A stretch of 63,193 nt of DNA, the filler included, from Nemertoderma westbladi (lineage: Eukaryota > Animalia > Xenacoelomorpha), in assembly GCA_032718475.1 (NCBI GenBank). It is 5 parts of 5 records of this genome, joined end to end, with 100 filler letters (N's around TTAATTAATTAA, not from the genome) between each part and the next. Parts side by side here need not be neighbours in the genome. Positions count along the whole stretch, not along the records: positions 22,544 to 40,567 come from JAUCBJ010006505.1; positions 40,668 to 46,144 come from JAUCBJ010002062.1; positions 46,245 to 55,415 come from JAUCBJ010006378.1; 2 more parts are not named here. The stretch is one strand, 5' to 3'. The notes below the pieces were generated by a model. That model saw only the letters and a list, made by a program, of their open reading frames with translations, was not told the origin of the DNA and did not search any database. Of this stretch, positions 37,614 through 51,500 are shown one piece after another. The stretch's first letter is position 1. Each line of letters begins with the position of its first letter. Position numbers and translations under genes: made by a program.

Positions 37614-38798
37614 GGGGAATTAGGCAATGATGTAAATAAGATAAGTTCATGTAGCTTTCTGTTGGTTTACATTTGATATGAATAATATTGATCATTATAA
37701 ATGCACTCATTTATGTTCTTCAAATAGCCTTCATCCTATTTCATTATCATTATGTTGGTATGAGTATCAAAAGTCTGAGCATGAAATTTACAATTTGAAA
37801 CATCAATCTCGCAGAACAATTTCGACAACTAATTCATAGACATAATATAATTCTCATCATGGAATCAAATGATCTTAGTAGGCCTTTCTTTACCTCACTA
37901 ATATTTGTGAATATTTTTTAGACGATAGTTGTTAATTGGATTTACAAGATGTCACCCAATTTCCTTCTGAAAACAAACAGTATCTGTGTCGACTACATAT
38001 AATGGTAGTCTTCGAAATGAATTTTCTGGTCCAAAGTGCCAAAGCTCACCACAAAAAACAGATTGTTTTAACAAACCTGGTGCATGGAATATATGGTGTG
38101 GTGTTCAGTGCATGGAAGTGTTCAAAGGTAATGGAATTTGAATGTGTATGTATCACTTCACCCTTCACCTTCACCTTCACCAAATATCCAAGAAAATTGA
38201 GGGATGTTGAAAACTGGACAGTGTAGTATGGTGTTGATTATGGCAGGGATGTCAGTATGTCTTATACCTATAACGATACAGAACCTTAACTGTATTTAAA
38301 CGGAAAATTACTTATGATAATTGGCCCCCAAACACCCCCCACACATTTGATAATAGTTGGGGGGTGTTATATTAATAATTACGATTCTAGATGATTAATA
38401 ATAATTGTAATACGATTCCCCAGGCCCAATCCCTGCTTTTGACACATCGGAAACAGACCCAAATTAAAATTGTCCTGCCATGGTCTCTGGATAACTATTG
38501 ATAGATGTTGTGGGTGGATAACTATTGCTCAAAAGAAAGGGACAAATATCGACTATATAGAATATATAGATTAAAATAAAAAAAATCAATAAAGATAAAA
38601 TATTAAAAATATCATAAGATTAATAAAGGATTAGAAAATCACGCATAAAAGATTTGTGTCTCTGCAGTTTAACACTGTAGCTCAGAATTAGAGAGCAATA
38701 TTTTATTAAACTGCTTATCTGATAGTTGTGTTGCGGCTGGTCAGTACAGGGGATTAACATAATCTAACACACAGCAATATATTAAAAATTAATTATAC

Positions 38799-38924
38799 CT
38801 GTAAAAAATTGGGTGACAGACAGCCAGATATCGTTCCAGTGTCATTCCCAGAAGATTGTTGGTTGAACACACCATCCCCAACCACATGATACAGTTGTTT
38901 GGAAATGTGAAGCAATATAAGTAC
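38799..38924 (-). CDS. Rhodopsin-class GPCR exon (TM3, ERY motif)
   Basis: tatttag|YLYCFTFPNNCIMWLGMVCSTNNLLGMTLERYLAVCHPIFY(R)|gtataa; phase 2-2. Confidence 0.92.
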
Positions 38925-39618
38925 CTAAATAATATAAAATTGAGTAGAAAGATTAATATAATAATAAAAAATATTGTTTACAAAGGGCTAAAGGCTATCT
39001 ATTTAAATATTAGCAGGTTATATTACTACAATTAGTTACATTAACTTGTGAAATGTTATTTCCGGTCATATATATTGAGTTGTAAAGATTGAATTTACCT
39101 TACAAATTACATAAAGTAAAGGCAAACTGAATCTAATCAAATAGAGTAAGATGCCAATATTTGAAACGATAGGCGTTTTACCGTCTAGGATCGATAGATC
39201 CCAGGTTCTTAAGCACCCATAGAATTTAGATCATGCGGGTCTTTAATTCCCGCTCTCAATTTGGCAGTGAGCCTTTAGTTCCTGAGTGTTTTTAGATCCC
39301 AATGTCTTTTGATCCCAAAATTATTTTACATGAAATTAACTTTATGGAACGTAATTTCAATTATACATAATATTATCAACATAGATACGTTGTGCAAACT
39401 AGATCTAAGAAATAACGTCAACTATTGATGTTGTATGTTAATATTATTGTAATCATAAACTGCATTTTTTAAGAAAAGACAGACATTAACCGCTGTCACC
39501 ACATCAAAATGATAATAATTATCATAAACATAATTTATAATATGCAATTGATGATACCTCTTATCAAAAACCATATAACTTTAGTAAGAAAATAGGAAAT
39601 AATTCTAAAAATAATTAC

Positions 39619-39670
39619 CTTCTTAATGGACACTTGAGGAGACATATGAGAGGGTAATGTTTTATAATAG
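39619..39670 (-). CDS. Candidate upstream GPCR mini-exon (ECL1)
   Basis: ttttttcag|(A)IIKHYPLICLLKCPLR(R)|gtaatt ends in phase 2, compatible with the TM3 exon; no diagnostic motif. Confidence 0.3.
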
Positions 39671-40567
39671 CTGAAAAAATAGCTACAAAAAGCTGATATA
39701 TTTCCTGAATTTTATTAGAAAAAGAATCTGGTTTGATGTTATTCTACATAATTTCCATTTCGAATACGAGATTTCTGGCGAATAAAGGACGAAATTATTA
39801 CATGCAGCACAGCATGTAATAATAGTGTTAAATGTAATGCAATAAGATATAATGAGGAATTAACGTCAAAAAAAATCGATGCTAATAAATTAATTCAGCT
39901 AAGGTACATCCTTGTAAACTTTCTATCAGCAATAATTCCATCAAATGAACTGTGTGCTGCTTCTATGACTTGCAATGCCAAATTCTATATTCTGAAGATT
40001 GTGTCAAATTCCAAAGTGAAATCCCAAAGTTGAAATCATTAAACTGAAACTAACAATGTCATAGTCAATTCACGCCCAATGTCCTCAGAGAAAAAATTCC
40101 TAACTTCTTATTTCTGTCAATATCAATATTTGCAAACATAGAACCTTACATTGATTGATAACTAATTAACACCATTCATTCAGCACAATGTTGCAATACA
40201 ACAAAAACCGTTCTTCATAATATATCGGCAATTATACTTGTGTCAGTTGATAGATAGTATTACATTCTACAAATTCTTTGGAAATTGGTGCCAGAATTAT
40301 CAATTCGTCGACATCGTGGTTTAGTAATTAATTTTGATGGCTAATGTGGTATCAAGGGAATGATAATAAAAGGGAATGGTATCATGATAAATGTAATATT
40401 GCTCTTAATTTAATTTCTGTAGTAATACTGAATTTAATTTCATGTCCATTTCTGTAGGACATGTGCATTAAGAATGATTGGAGTTTCCAAAGGCGCATTA
40501 ACCACACATTGCTCAAAGTACATTTAGAAACGATTACTTACCGGATAATTTAATAGTTATGTTAAAT

Positions 40568-40667
40568 NNNNNNNNNNNNNNNNNNNNNNNNNNNNNNNNN
40601 NNNNNNNNNNNTTAATTAATTAANNNNNNNNNNNNNNNNNNNNNNNNNNNNNNNNNNNNNNNNNNNN
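40568..40667. other. Artificial contig linker
   Basis: 44 N + TTAATTAATTAA + 44 N. Confidence 0.97.
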
Positions 40668-41250
40668 TGTTTACGTCCTCATTGCTTCCCCCCATCTGTC
40701 CACCATCAGCTGATGGCACTACTGTGCTCAACCCTACCGGACTTGGCCGTCTTTAACCACTCGATACAATGAAAGGGTAGTCTTTATTAACCATGAACCA
40801 TCGCGGCCACTATGATTAATTAAGCTGGTTAACTATTTTTACTTAATAGTTTTCAGCACAATGCTAGCTAACTTGGCTATAGTCAGTTTGTTAAATATAC
40901 ATGGTAATTTTTTGATCCAGATTTCCTTTGCTTATGTGGTTTTCTATTTATTTGTCCTTTCGTTCGCCAATTTCTCATGGAGCAACCGATCCCCTCACAC
41001 AACGGGAAACTTGTTGCTCAAGAAAATAACAATTAAATCAAAATGAATACATGTCCAGTTATTTGTTTATAATATCAAATCACTCAAATTATCTAATATT
41101 AGCTTGTATAGAAATGAGATGTAATTTTTAAAAAAGTTGCTAGGAATATAACTTTTTAAAAATATTGCAGCATCTTATTGCTGCCCCCCTCACAAACATC
41201 AATTACAGACATCTTTATTCCTTTCTTTTAATAATAATTTTTTCCCTTAG

Positions 41251-41799
41251 AAAACGGAATATGGAGTGCTGGTTATGGGTGTTCCAAATGTCGGTAAATC
41301 ATCACTGATCAACGCACTGCGTTCCACGTTCGTGCGGGAACGCAAAGGCCGGTGCCAGCGGGTAGGAACGCAACCGGGCGTAACGCGTTCCATAGAGACT
41401 GGCGCACTTATAAGCGCGGAACCCCGGATACTCGCGATAGACACCCCGGGTGTGCTGCACACGAAGGATCTAGACCCAGAAATGTCCTACCGACTAACAG
41501 CCTGCGGAATCATTGCAGATAGAGCTCTCGGAGAAATCGCGGTCGCAGACTATCTTCTCTATAATCTTAACAAATCCGAGGTTTTCGAGTACGTCCAGCT
41601 GTTCAACCTAACGGAGCCAACCGATAATGTTGTGACTCTTTTGGACCATATCGCATTCCAGCGCGGATTGGTTCGATTAGTTCAGGATAAGAAGTCCAAA
41701 GGTTGGGGTCGAACCGGGGCCTTGGATTTCGCAGCTGCTCACATGCTGGCCGAGTTTAGGTCTGGGGCTTTAGGGAGGATTATTTTTGATGTGTTCTAG
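41251..41799 (+). CDS. MTG1: Mitochondrial ribosome-associated GTPase 1 (RbgA/YlqF family), terminal exon
   Basis: Acceptor ttttcccttag; GVPNVGKSSLINALR (G1), PGVTR (G2), DTPG (G3), ADYLLYNLNK, FRSGALGRIIFD; upstream exons not identified. Confidence 0.92.
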   Translation, partial: KTEYGVLVMGVPNVGKSSLINALRSTFVRERKGRCQRVGTQPGVTRSIETGALISAEPRILAIDTPGVLHTKDLDPEMSYRLTACGIIADRALGEIAVADYLLYNLNKSEVFEYVQLFNLTEPTDNVVTLLDHIAFQRGLVRLVQDKKSKGWGRTGALDFAAAHMLAEFRSGALGRIIFDVF

Positions 41800-42974
41800 C
41801 GGGATGTTCTGTAATTTTTTCTACCTCAAGCGATCGAGTTACCCGTCTAGTTATTAATATTGATCTGGCCGTTATTACCGTATGTGCGGGGTACGTTGTA
41901 ATGTTATATAACTCGGGAATGTTTGGTGGACGTTGGTACGCTGTAATATTATCCGCTATGTACATAATTAAATATGCTAAGTAAGATGTGAATGGTTTAA
42001 TTGATTTATAATTAATAGCGTACGTACGGCATTGGGTATTGGGTAACCTACTGGGTAGTAGTTAGGGTCGCGATATAGTCCAGTCCTAGTCCAGTTGTTT
42101 TGGTTGCTTTTTTAGGTGCTGCTGGAAAGTTCATTTTACAGACCTAGATGTCCAACCTTTATTGGAGGACATACAAATTGTGCAGATAGAGCAGAGATAT
42201 TAAATATACAAACTCAGCAATCAGCCGATAAGTTACGGTGAATATTTTTAAAATACGTCATTCATTGTTAATTGATTAATTTATAAATAAATATTACTAA
42301 TTATTTGCTTCTTGAGTCATGAACACTACTTTATAGGTAATAATTACATTACTAGTTGGTTTTATGCCTATAGAAGCAATGCTTGTATTTGCTTTCAGTA
42401 GCGTATTTGGATTCCAATAGCCTTCGGGAAAGCAGTTAGTTCAGAGTTGAAACCTCCACTAACGGTGTCGTTTATATTAAGTAATCAAGTACAGGTATAA
42501 TATAAAATAGTAAAGAAATCAAAAGTAGTCAGTTTTAATTAAAAGTGATAGTATGTTAATTACTTACGTTAGTAAGTAATTAACTAATTGAGTTAATTAA
42601 TGTTTCAATTTTTGAATAAAATATTATCACTAACCCGTCAGTCAGTCAGTGTAGGTGACTCCATCTTGATTTACTCCATTAATTGTTGGATGTTTGCGAA
42701 CCATAACATCCGGTAAATTATAGTAAAGACGAATTATTCCGCAGCGTTGTTGGCTTGCAGCTCTGGTCTTTTCTTTCTCCAAAACGCATAGGTTGTATTT
42801 TTCTCGAGAATTCTAGATCATGGATTGTGTTTCTTCTGTTTAAAGTCAGTCTTACAGACGCAAAATAAATTCGCAATCATTCCAAATACCAAACCACGTT
42901 TTTTTACTTTATATTTCTTTGTTATCGCACAAAAAGTCTATAAAAATTAATTTTGCGGATCATAAGTTAGTGAT

Positions 42975-43802
42975 AGATTTACGCTCTCGCTCTCTTTTTG
43001 CCTATGTGAGTGTTTTTGCCGTTGACTATTGAACTGAGATTTACGCTCTCTTTTTGCCTAGATTAACAGCTGACTCTTGAACTGAGATTTACGCTCTCTT
43101 TTTGCCTAGATTAACAGCTGACTATTGAACTGAGATTTACGCTCTATTTTTGCCTAGATTAACAGCTGACAACTGAGATTTACGCTCTATTTTTGCCTAG
43201 ATTAACAGCTGACAACTGAGATTTACGCTCTATTTTTGCCTAGATTAACAGCTGACAACTTAGATTTACGCTCTCTTTTTGCCTAGATTAACAGCTGACT
43301 CTTGAACTGAGATTTACGCTCTCTTTTTGCCTAGATTAACAGCTGACTATTGAACTGAGATTTACGCTCTCTTTTTGCCTAGATTAACAGCTGACTATTG
43401 AACTGAGATTTACGCTCTATTTTTGCCTAGATTAACAGCTGACAACTGAGATTTACGCTCTCTTTTTGCCTAGATTAACAGCTGACTGTTGAACTGAGAT
43501 TTACGCTCTCTTTTTGCCTAGATTAACAGCTGACTGTTGAACTGAGATTTACGCTCTCTTTTTGCTGACTATTGAACTGAGATTTACGCTCTCTTTTTGC
43601 CTAGATTAACAGCTGACTATTGAACTGAGATTTACGCTCTCTTTTTGCCTGATTAACAGCTGACTATTGAACTGAGATTTACGCTCTATTTTTGCCTAGA
43701 TTAACAGCTGACTATTGAGCTGAGATTTACGCTCTATTTTTGCCTAGATTAACAGCTGACTATTGAACTGAGATTTACGCTCTCTTTTTGCCTAGATTAA
43801 CA
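42975..43802. repeat. 48-bp minisatellite with 43-bp variants, ~17 copies
   Basis: Unit aactgagatttacgctctctttttgcctagattaacagctgactattg; no unique spacers. Confidence 0.96.
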
Positions 43803-44785
43803 GGACTGATATGTCAGGTATGACGTGATAAGTACCGGTATGTCCATTTCTTGTATATATTTCTTATTTCTTATTTGTTGTTTTTATTTATTTATTTCCT
43901 TGCTTTTGTTAATTAATTACTATGTATTAATATTTCATTATGGCTTGTTATTGTTAAATATTGACAAATTAGTGTCGTTGTTACAGTATTTATTGTTGCG
44001 ATAATAATTACTGTAGCATGCAGGCAGACACCGGTTTCACGAAATTTAACATAATAATTTTTGTGAGTGAGAAAATAATTAATTATGTTTATTTTTGTTC
44101 AATATGTTTAATTGTTTTCAAGTTTCCGATGGTCAATAAATTTATATATATAATATTTATGTGGGTATTTGACACAGAAAAGCATCTGGGAAGAGTGAAA
44201 AAGTGTAAAAAATTATTTTGGTCATTCTGCACCGATAACCTTTTCTATCAGCACCTAATTATATTATTAAAATGTCACGTTAGAATATTTGAGTTACAGA
44301 TCTGTTCGTGTTATATACTTTTTCCGAAGTTATTGTTTGTGTTTTGTATTATTAACGGATATTCCTGAACTAAATGTAATTAAATAAATTTAATATTGTT
44401 ATAGTTTGGATTGGGATCAATAAATACGTAGCTATATTAGTTTATTTTTATATTAATTAGTAAAAACGATATCTAACCCTATTCGATAAAACAAGATTTT
44501 CCTCTTTTACATTATAAATCCTAATCTGTAGTTGAGTAATTTTAGTAACCATAGGAACAATAATTGTGGAAGTATTAACGAATATAATTGTCTGTATGGA
44601 AGAAATCCTTACTTCTTGCAATTTCAGTAAAAAGTGTGTTGGTTTATTGGTGTTAGTTAATTCGTTTTGTAATATTTTGCCATTGAAAATTATATCTCTT
44701 GTTTAGTATGTAAAAAAGGCCACACTCGGTATATTTTACAATTTTTAATGTGTATAATGATAAATCTAATACCATATATATTATG

Positions 44786-45663
44786 CACAATGACCGTAAT
44801 ATAATGTCAGTTTCTGATCACATTTACCCCCCATATTTTTCTACAGCTCTTTATCATATTGCTTGAAATTAGAAACACAACTAGTTCCACTCACCATCGA
44901 TGACCCCATGAAGCCGGAATTTTCGATTTTGCTTTTAATTTCTTTTTATAAGCGTTTTAAAAAAGTGTCTTTTGCGAAATCGCACCCTCCGTATCGTGGC
45001 CATTTCATATCATTAGAAAGCTTGCCTTGCAAGGATTCGAAATATGTAACAATATCTGAATTTCATTGAGAAACAGCTGAGAAATAGGCTAGGCGTTCAA
45101 AGATTGCAAGAATTATTGTTCGCTATACAGGCCATTTATTCTATTTAATAAATACACAAAATTCTAGAACGTGTTAGTTATTTTATGAGTTGGTAGGCAA
45201 CAGCGGTATGCCTATACAATATCTATATTGCGTAGCTATTCATACATAAACAAATTGTTCCAGAATATTCTGTATGTATTAAATAGAACAAATGGCCTGC
45301 AGCGATCGATACTTCTTGCAATCTTTGAATGCCTATTTCTCAGCTGTTTCTCAACGAAATTCAAACATTGTTACATATTTGGAATCCTTGGAACGCCAGC
45401 CTTTTAATGATATCTATAAAGCGAGGTTAATGTGAAGAATGGCGATAATTGGAGATGTGCAATTACGCAATAAGACACTTTTTTAAAACGCTTATAAAAA
45501 AATGTAAAGGCAAAATCGAAAATTCCGGCTTCATGGTAACAACGACGGTGAGTTGAACTAGTTGTGTTTCAAATTTCAAGCATTATGATAAAGATTTGTA
45601 GAAAAATTTGGGGGGGGGGGGTCCGTGTCATCAGAAAATGACACTATTTTACGGGTCATGGTG
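44786..45663. mobile_element. MITE with long inverted arms, related to the 26677-27376 element
   Basis: catgaagccggaattttcgattttgc / gcaaaatcgaaaattccggcttcatg and other arm matches; shares central tattgcgtagctattcatacataaacaaa with ~26937. Confidence 0.85.
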
Positions 45664-46144
45664 TATATCAGTTAATTTATAAGCAAATGGTTTAGTCAAT
45701 AAAAACTTCATTTATTTTTTAAGCAAAAGCAAATATATACTTCTTGTGGTTATATTCTAGCTATAATGCTTATTTACGTTATGTATAGCTGTAGGTAGCA
45801 GCCTTATCTCTACAAAATATATGTGGCCCATTCATAAGAATTAGTAGGCCTATTTGAAATCGCATTTGATTTTACGATAATTTACAATGATAATTTCATG
45901 AAATATTGTAATGTGTCATGCAATGTAGCTCAATTGTCTTATGTTTCTTATTTTTTAGAAAATATTACTGAAATCTTGGGAATGAAAAGATAATTTAAAT
46001 ATAGTCTGTAGGTTTAGCCTGACCTTGTATCGTACCTATTATACGTAATTTACAAATATTAACCTAATATAGACCTTGTATCGTACCTATTATACGTAAT
46101 TTACAAATATTAACCTAATATAGACCTTGTATCGTACGTAACTA

Positions 46145-46244
46145 NNNNNNNNNNNNNNNNNNNNNNNNNNNNNNNNNNNNNNNNNNNNTTAATTAATTAA
46201 NNNNNNNNNNNNNNNNNNNNNNNNNNNNNNNNNNNNNNNNNNNN
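46145..46244. other. Artificial contig linker
   Basis: 44 N + TTAATTAATTAA + 44 N. Confidence 0.97.
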
Positions 46245-46799
46245 TAATAAGAAATTTAGGTTTGGATACTCATATTTTTGAGACCATATGCCTACAGTTT
46301 TTTTTGGCACCCTTGTCGCAATCACTAATTCTGATTTCATCAACCAATCATAATCAACCAATCAACCATCAACCAATCATAATCAACCAATCATAATCCA
46401 AAAAAGTTTTGGCCCTCTGAATGAACCACTTTAAATATATATATAATTTTATTGACGAGTTTAAAATATGAATAAAACAAGAATACAGACACGAAACGCA
46501 CCCGTCCAAAGCAAAAGGGTAAATTATAAAACAGTAAAATTGGCCACAAACCCAAAATAACCAATAAACAAAAAAATAAAAATAAACTAAAAAATAAACC
46601 AAATAACCAAAAATAAACAGCATTTGTCATATACATGATACACGTAATATCTTAGGCTTCGTCATTAAAGAATTATACATCGAGGCATCAAGTCAAACTG
46701 GTTAAACACGGATAAAAACATATAATTATAAACAAGCTGCGTAACTGCGTACTACTGTATACATTATAAACTATAGCCTACACACTAATTAATGGACGA

Positions 46800-46985
46800 C
46801 TTTAAACACTAAAGTTATAAACTGTAGATTTAATAAAACACCAAAGTTATAAAGTGTAGATTTAATTAAACACCAAAGTTATAAATTGTAGATTTAATTA
46901 AACACCAAGTTATAAATTGTAGATTTAATTAAACACCAAAGTTATACACTGTAGATTTAATGAACCATTTTAAACACCAAATTTC
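46800..46985. repeat. ~32-bp tandem repeat, ~5 copies
   Basis: aaacaccaaagttataaa.tgtagatttaatt repeated. Confidence 0.9.
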
Positions 46986-47099
46986 TATGCAATTAATAAT
47001 GCCTTTTGACCAACAAAGTTTTGTAACTGATCTGCATACAGAGAGAGATAACACAAAGCAGTTAGCAATCTATCACCAACACCAACAGAATAAATAGAA

Positions 47100-47497
47100 C
47101 TAGACGTCGCAGACTATGTCACTGACACTCTCGCTGTAGATCACTTCGCTGGACGAACCGGTGTCCCCAACCTGTAATTTCGTGATGGGCAGTAAATTCT
47201 TGTCATCAACAACAATTGTCTCAAGACATTCGGTAGAGCTCTGATGACAAGTTGTCGTCCTCCCGGTATTAAATACATGCTTGGTGGCATAGCGATCAGC
47301 AAAACACAAATCATAGCTGGAGACGCCCTTAGATGAAAGCGTTATGGTTTGGGTGCAGCTGAGTGCTCTGTCTATGATATTACGCACTACCGAATCGCCC
47401 TGGTCATAACTAACGTTGATATCATATCCACATTTGGCTTCAGGTCCACTTGGTCCAACCTTCTCGCTTACAAAGGCCGCAGGAATAGTGGTTTTTC
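47100..47497 (-). CDS. Terminal exon of tandem-module gene (Caspr/neurexin-IV fibrinogen-like module)
   Basis: ttttttctaaag| phase-1 acceptor; INVSYDQG..NIIDRALSCTQTITL..DDKNLLPITKLQVGDTGSSSE..DIVCDV*; resembles Caspr CEQ.I.Y.C and D.DHLPVTQ..GDT. Confidence 0.75.
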
Positions 47498-48595
47498 CTT
47501 TAGAAAAAAATATAAATATAGCAGAAACCATTCTACGAAAACGTTATGTAATAACAACATTTTTCCTGGTTAAATCAACATGTTTGTTAAATTATTCTAA
47601 TAATATTCGAATTATACAGTATTACAATGTAATTTACTGAATGGGGTTATGGATAAAAGGAAATATATTTTTTAGCGATATTTCGGTACCAATTTTAAGT
47701 TTCCTGCACAAATATTAGGCCAGATGTAGAAATGTAAAGACACCTACTACTATAGGGCTCGTTCACCAATTTTTAAAGTAAACAGTATGAAAATAATAAT
47801 TAACTGCACCACAAATTATACAAGTAATTAAGTTTAAGAGTGTGCGAATATCATACTATGGAGACACATAATATAATATACAACGTACAGGATTATTATA
47901 GATTTGTACGAAATAACAGCACTAAAAATTATAAAGAAATTAAGTTTAGGAATGTGAGAGAATAGTGGTACAGAATATAACATACATCTTCTGTAGAAAC
48001 CCAATAGGGCTTATATAATTAATAAATAGTTGTAAGGTGATATACTGTAGTTTCAGTATGTTCACTAAACTTTTGTACTTGGAGATTGGTGCCAGAAAGG
48101 GAACACAGCACGAAAACGAACATAGCTCTATGTAAACGGCGTTTACGTTGTTGGATAACCCATTAAATTTTTGGAACAGTCACGAAATCTCGGTTTTCCC
48201 AACAAATCTGGCTCAAAGATACAGATGAATTAACAAAAAAATTATAAAATGACCCCCTCCCAGGCCAAATAGGGTTAAAAGTTTAGTCAACATTTCAATT
48301 TTAGAATTATTTTTACATTTAACAATATAGTCCGGCAGCTTGCATCATTCAGGATTTTGTGTAATTTCAAATTAAAAAAATTATCCCCAGGAACGGATAA
48401 GACAATTCATCTGAGTGCTTCTATATATTTTAGTGATAAATTTAATGTTGGAAATTATTAAAAGGTACATGTTTCCATTATAATGACAAAATACATATAC
48501 AGTTTTTCAATTTCCAACAGATTGCTTACTGGTGATACTGACTGACTGATATTGCCTATATGATATTACATATCAACCGTTATACTAACTAAATA

Positions 48596-51500
48596 ATGGC
48601 GGAAGAATTTGTCCGATTACAAAAGGAAACAATGGGATTGATCCGTTCAATTAAACAGAAAAAGAGTACGACGATCGAGGAGGAACGACAACTCAGTGAT
48701 AACCTCCAGGAGATGGCTTCAATGTATACCATAACTCTCGACAGGCTTGCAACGGCTAGGGAGGAATCAATTACTTCGAAGGACGAGTTGTTGAAACAGA
48801 AACAGTCAAATAATGGTAACAGTGCTCAACCCACTGTCCCTGTCCGACCGAATGTTAACGAAGTGCGCAGGCCTCCGGTATCCTGTGTTGTGGGAACCTA
48901 TGCAGGGGCTACCGGTATGACACTCGGAGTAGTTCACCCTGAGCGAGCGTACCTAGTGGGTCACGGACCGGCCCATGGTGCACCGCCGGGAATACAAACT
49001 CATCGGAATGGTTATGGCGACTCGAGTGAAACCGCCGGACACCGACGGTCTTCTCGGAGACCAATACGAGGGAACAGAGTTGGCGGCCCGTTGCGAGTGG
49101 CCAAACCCCGCGAACTTCCAACTCCTCTGGTGCATAAAGCACACATTCACATTGGTCGCCTTGACACGGAGGTTACAAAGGAAGAAATCGAGAATTTTCT
49201 CACCACCGAGGGACATCAGTTAGATTCAGTTATCCCGATCACAATGAGGGAGGATTCACCATACCGCAGTTTTCACCTAACTTGTAACCAAGACAGCCAC
49301 GCTTCTCTAATGGACCCGGCGTTATGGGAGGCGGGGATTTCCATAAGGTATTACAAGTTGAACGACGACGAGCAGGAGTCCCTGGGCCTCCGACAACGAT
49401 TTCTACGCACGGATGCTCCTCCACCAGCCCCAGCCCAAAGGGCGAGTCTGCAAGGTTGACATACTTCCTTGGATTCGCCTGCAACCCAGAGAGCAACGCT
49501 GGTACCGGAACCAAACCACGTACAATCCACTAAACAGTCTTTCACATCTATTTTCTGGAATACAGAAGGTCTAAGTTCGTTATTAAATTTATTATCTGGA
49601 AATTTTATATTTGAGTCAGATGTACTGTTGTTTGTAGAAACACTTGCGGTAAAGGAAATACATATAGATGGTTATTACCCTTTCCAAATACCAGCTCTAA
49701 ATAAGCCGGGCCCGGGACGTCCGATTGGTGGAATATTCGTTGGGGTTAAACCGGAACTGAACCCAATATTAATTGTTCGAGAACCTTCACACATTGCTAT
49801 AAAAACGGATGTTGGATATTTTATATGTTGTTACTTCGATCCGACCTTCAGCTTGGATGATTTTATTGATGGAGTTTTGACAGTCTTGGATACTATTCCT
49901 GATAAGGAATCCAACCTTCCGAATACCTTCATATTGGGTGACTTTAACGCTCGAATTGATAAACCAGATAGCAGGAAGGCGGTTGTGTTGTCATCGTTAA
50001 TGATGGAAGCCGGGTTTGAACTGCAAAATACATCAAACGAGCCTACATATTATTGTCACAATGGCAGCAGTAAAATAGACCTAGTATATTCGAACTGTAA
50101 CACTATCTCGGTAGACTACCCTTTCCAAGGATTAAAGAAACACGTCCCAGTACGAGTTGACTGGCCATTGGAAATTCAAAATATTGCCGATTGAAACACG
50201 GATCCCTTTCGTTTGACACGTAACATCGACACACAGAAACTAGAGGTAGACCCAAGGATATACACCGCTGTAGTTCAACTCCAGTCTAACCAGATAGACG
50301 ATGCTTATGATACGATTACAAATGCAATTCACGATGCAACCGAAAGCAAGTCGAACCGGAAGCGCCACGCCAAACCATGGTTTGACGAGGAATGTTTCTT
50401 TAAAAGGAAGGAGGTACTTGTTTCCCATTCATCGGCCAAAGTCGATTCAACCCTGAGAGAGATGTGCTGTAAGCTGAAACACGAATATAAATCTCTGTTG
50501 TCAAGAAAACGCCATGAGTTTGACAAGAAAATGGAACTTTGACTAATAGAAGAGGCGGAATCTCAGCCATATCAATGATGCAAGGGGCGTCCAGCTCAAT
50601 CCAACTGATTCCATTAGAGTCATGGGAAAATCATTTCGAAAAGATTCTAAACGGCCCGTGTGACGCGGAGATAACCGATAGTGTTCCAACTACAGATATG
50701 CCAGATGACCCTTTCGAAGACGCAGATGATGCATGTAATAGACCATTCAGCGCTGAAGAGATAGAAAGGGAATTTAGGCGAAAGAAGAATGGAAAATCAG
50801 GCGACCCAGATAAATTACCATACGAGGTGCTTAAAGGTTCTATATTGATTACACTCTACTTCTGGACTCTGCTTTTCAATATATGCTTATCTACTGGGTC
50901 CCTAGTATCTTCATGGAAATATAGTGTGACCAAGGTTCTGTATAAAATGAAAGGCCTCCGCGACGATGCGAACAATTACAGAGGCATTTCCCTTTTGTGT
51001 AATCCATACAAACTGCTAACGGGACTAATTGTGAGACGCCTACGGGAATTCCTGGAATGCAAGATACCGATTTGGCAGTTCGGTTTCATGCCCGGCAGAT
51101 CAACCATGCAACCACTGGCCCTTCTACTAACAAGAATCAAAGTGAACCTGTCCAAACCTAAAGTACCCCTATATGCCTTCTTCATAGACTTCAAAAAGCG
51201 TTCGACTCAGTTCCCCGGTCCAAGATCCTGGTAAAGCTAGAACACATATTTAAAGTAAATGGTAAATTACTGAATTTAATTAAGGAAATTCTCAAGCCTA
51301 ACTACATATCCATTCACGATGGTCTTCGGAAGTCAGAAACAGCGAAACAGACTAAGGTTTTTTACAGGGAGATACTTTGAGCCCGTTTCTGTTCATTTTG
51401 TTTATCTGGGACCTTATAAAGTATATTAAACGGGCAGCAGATTCCATAATTGCGTTTCTTTTCGCCGATGATCTTTTGTTTTTCTCCAACTCCAGAGGGG

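Noticed and set aside
40690-40790. Hammerhead ribozyme-like ctgatg...gaaa
   Set aside because: Core CUGAnGA is incomplete and the stems do not close
42975-43802. CRISPR-like array with variable short spacer
   Set aside because: Variable part is only 0-5 nt and recurs; this is a minisatellite
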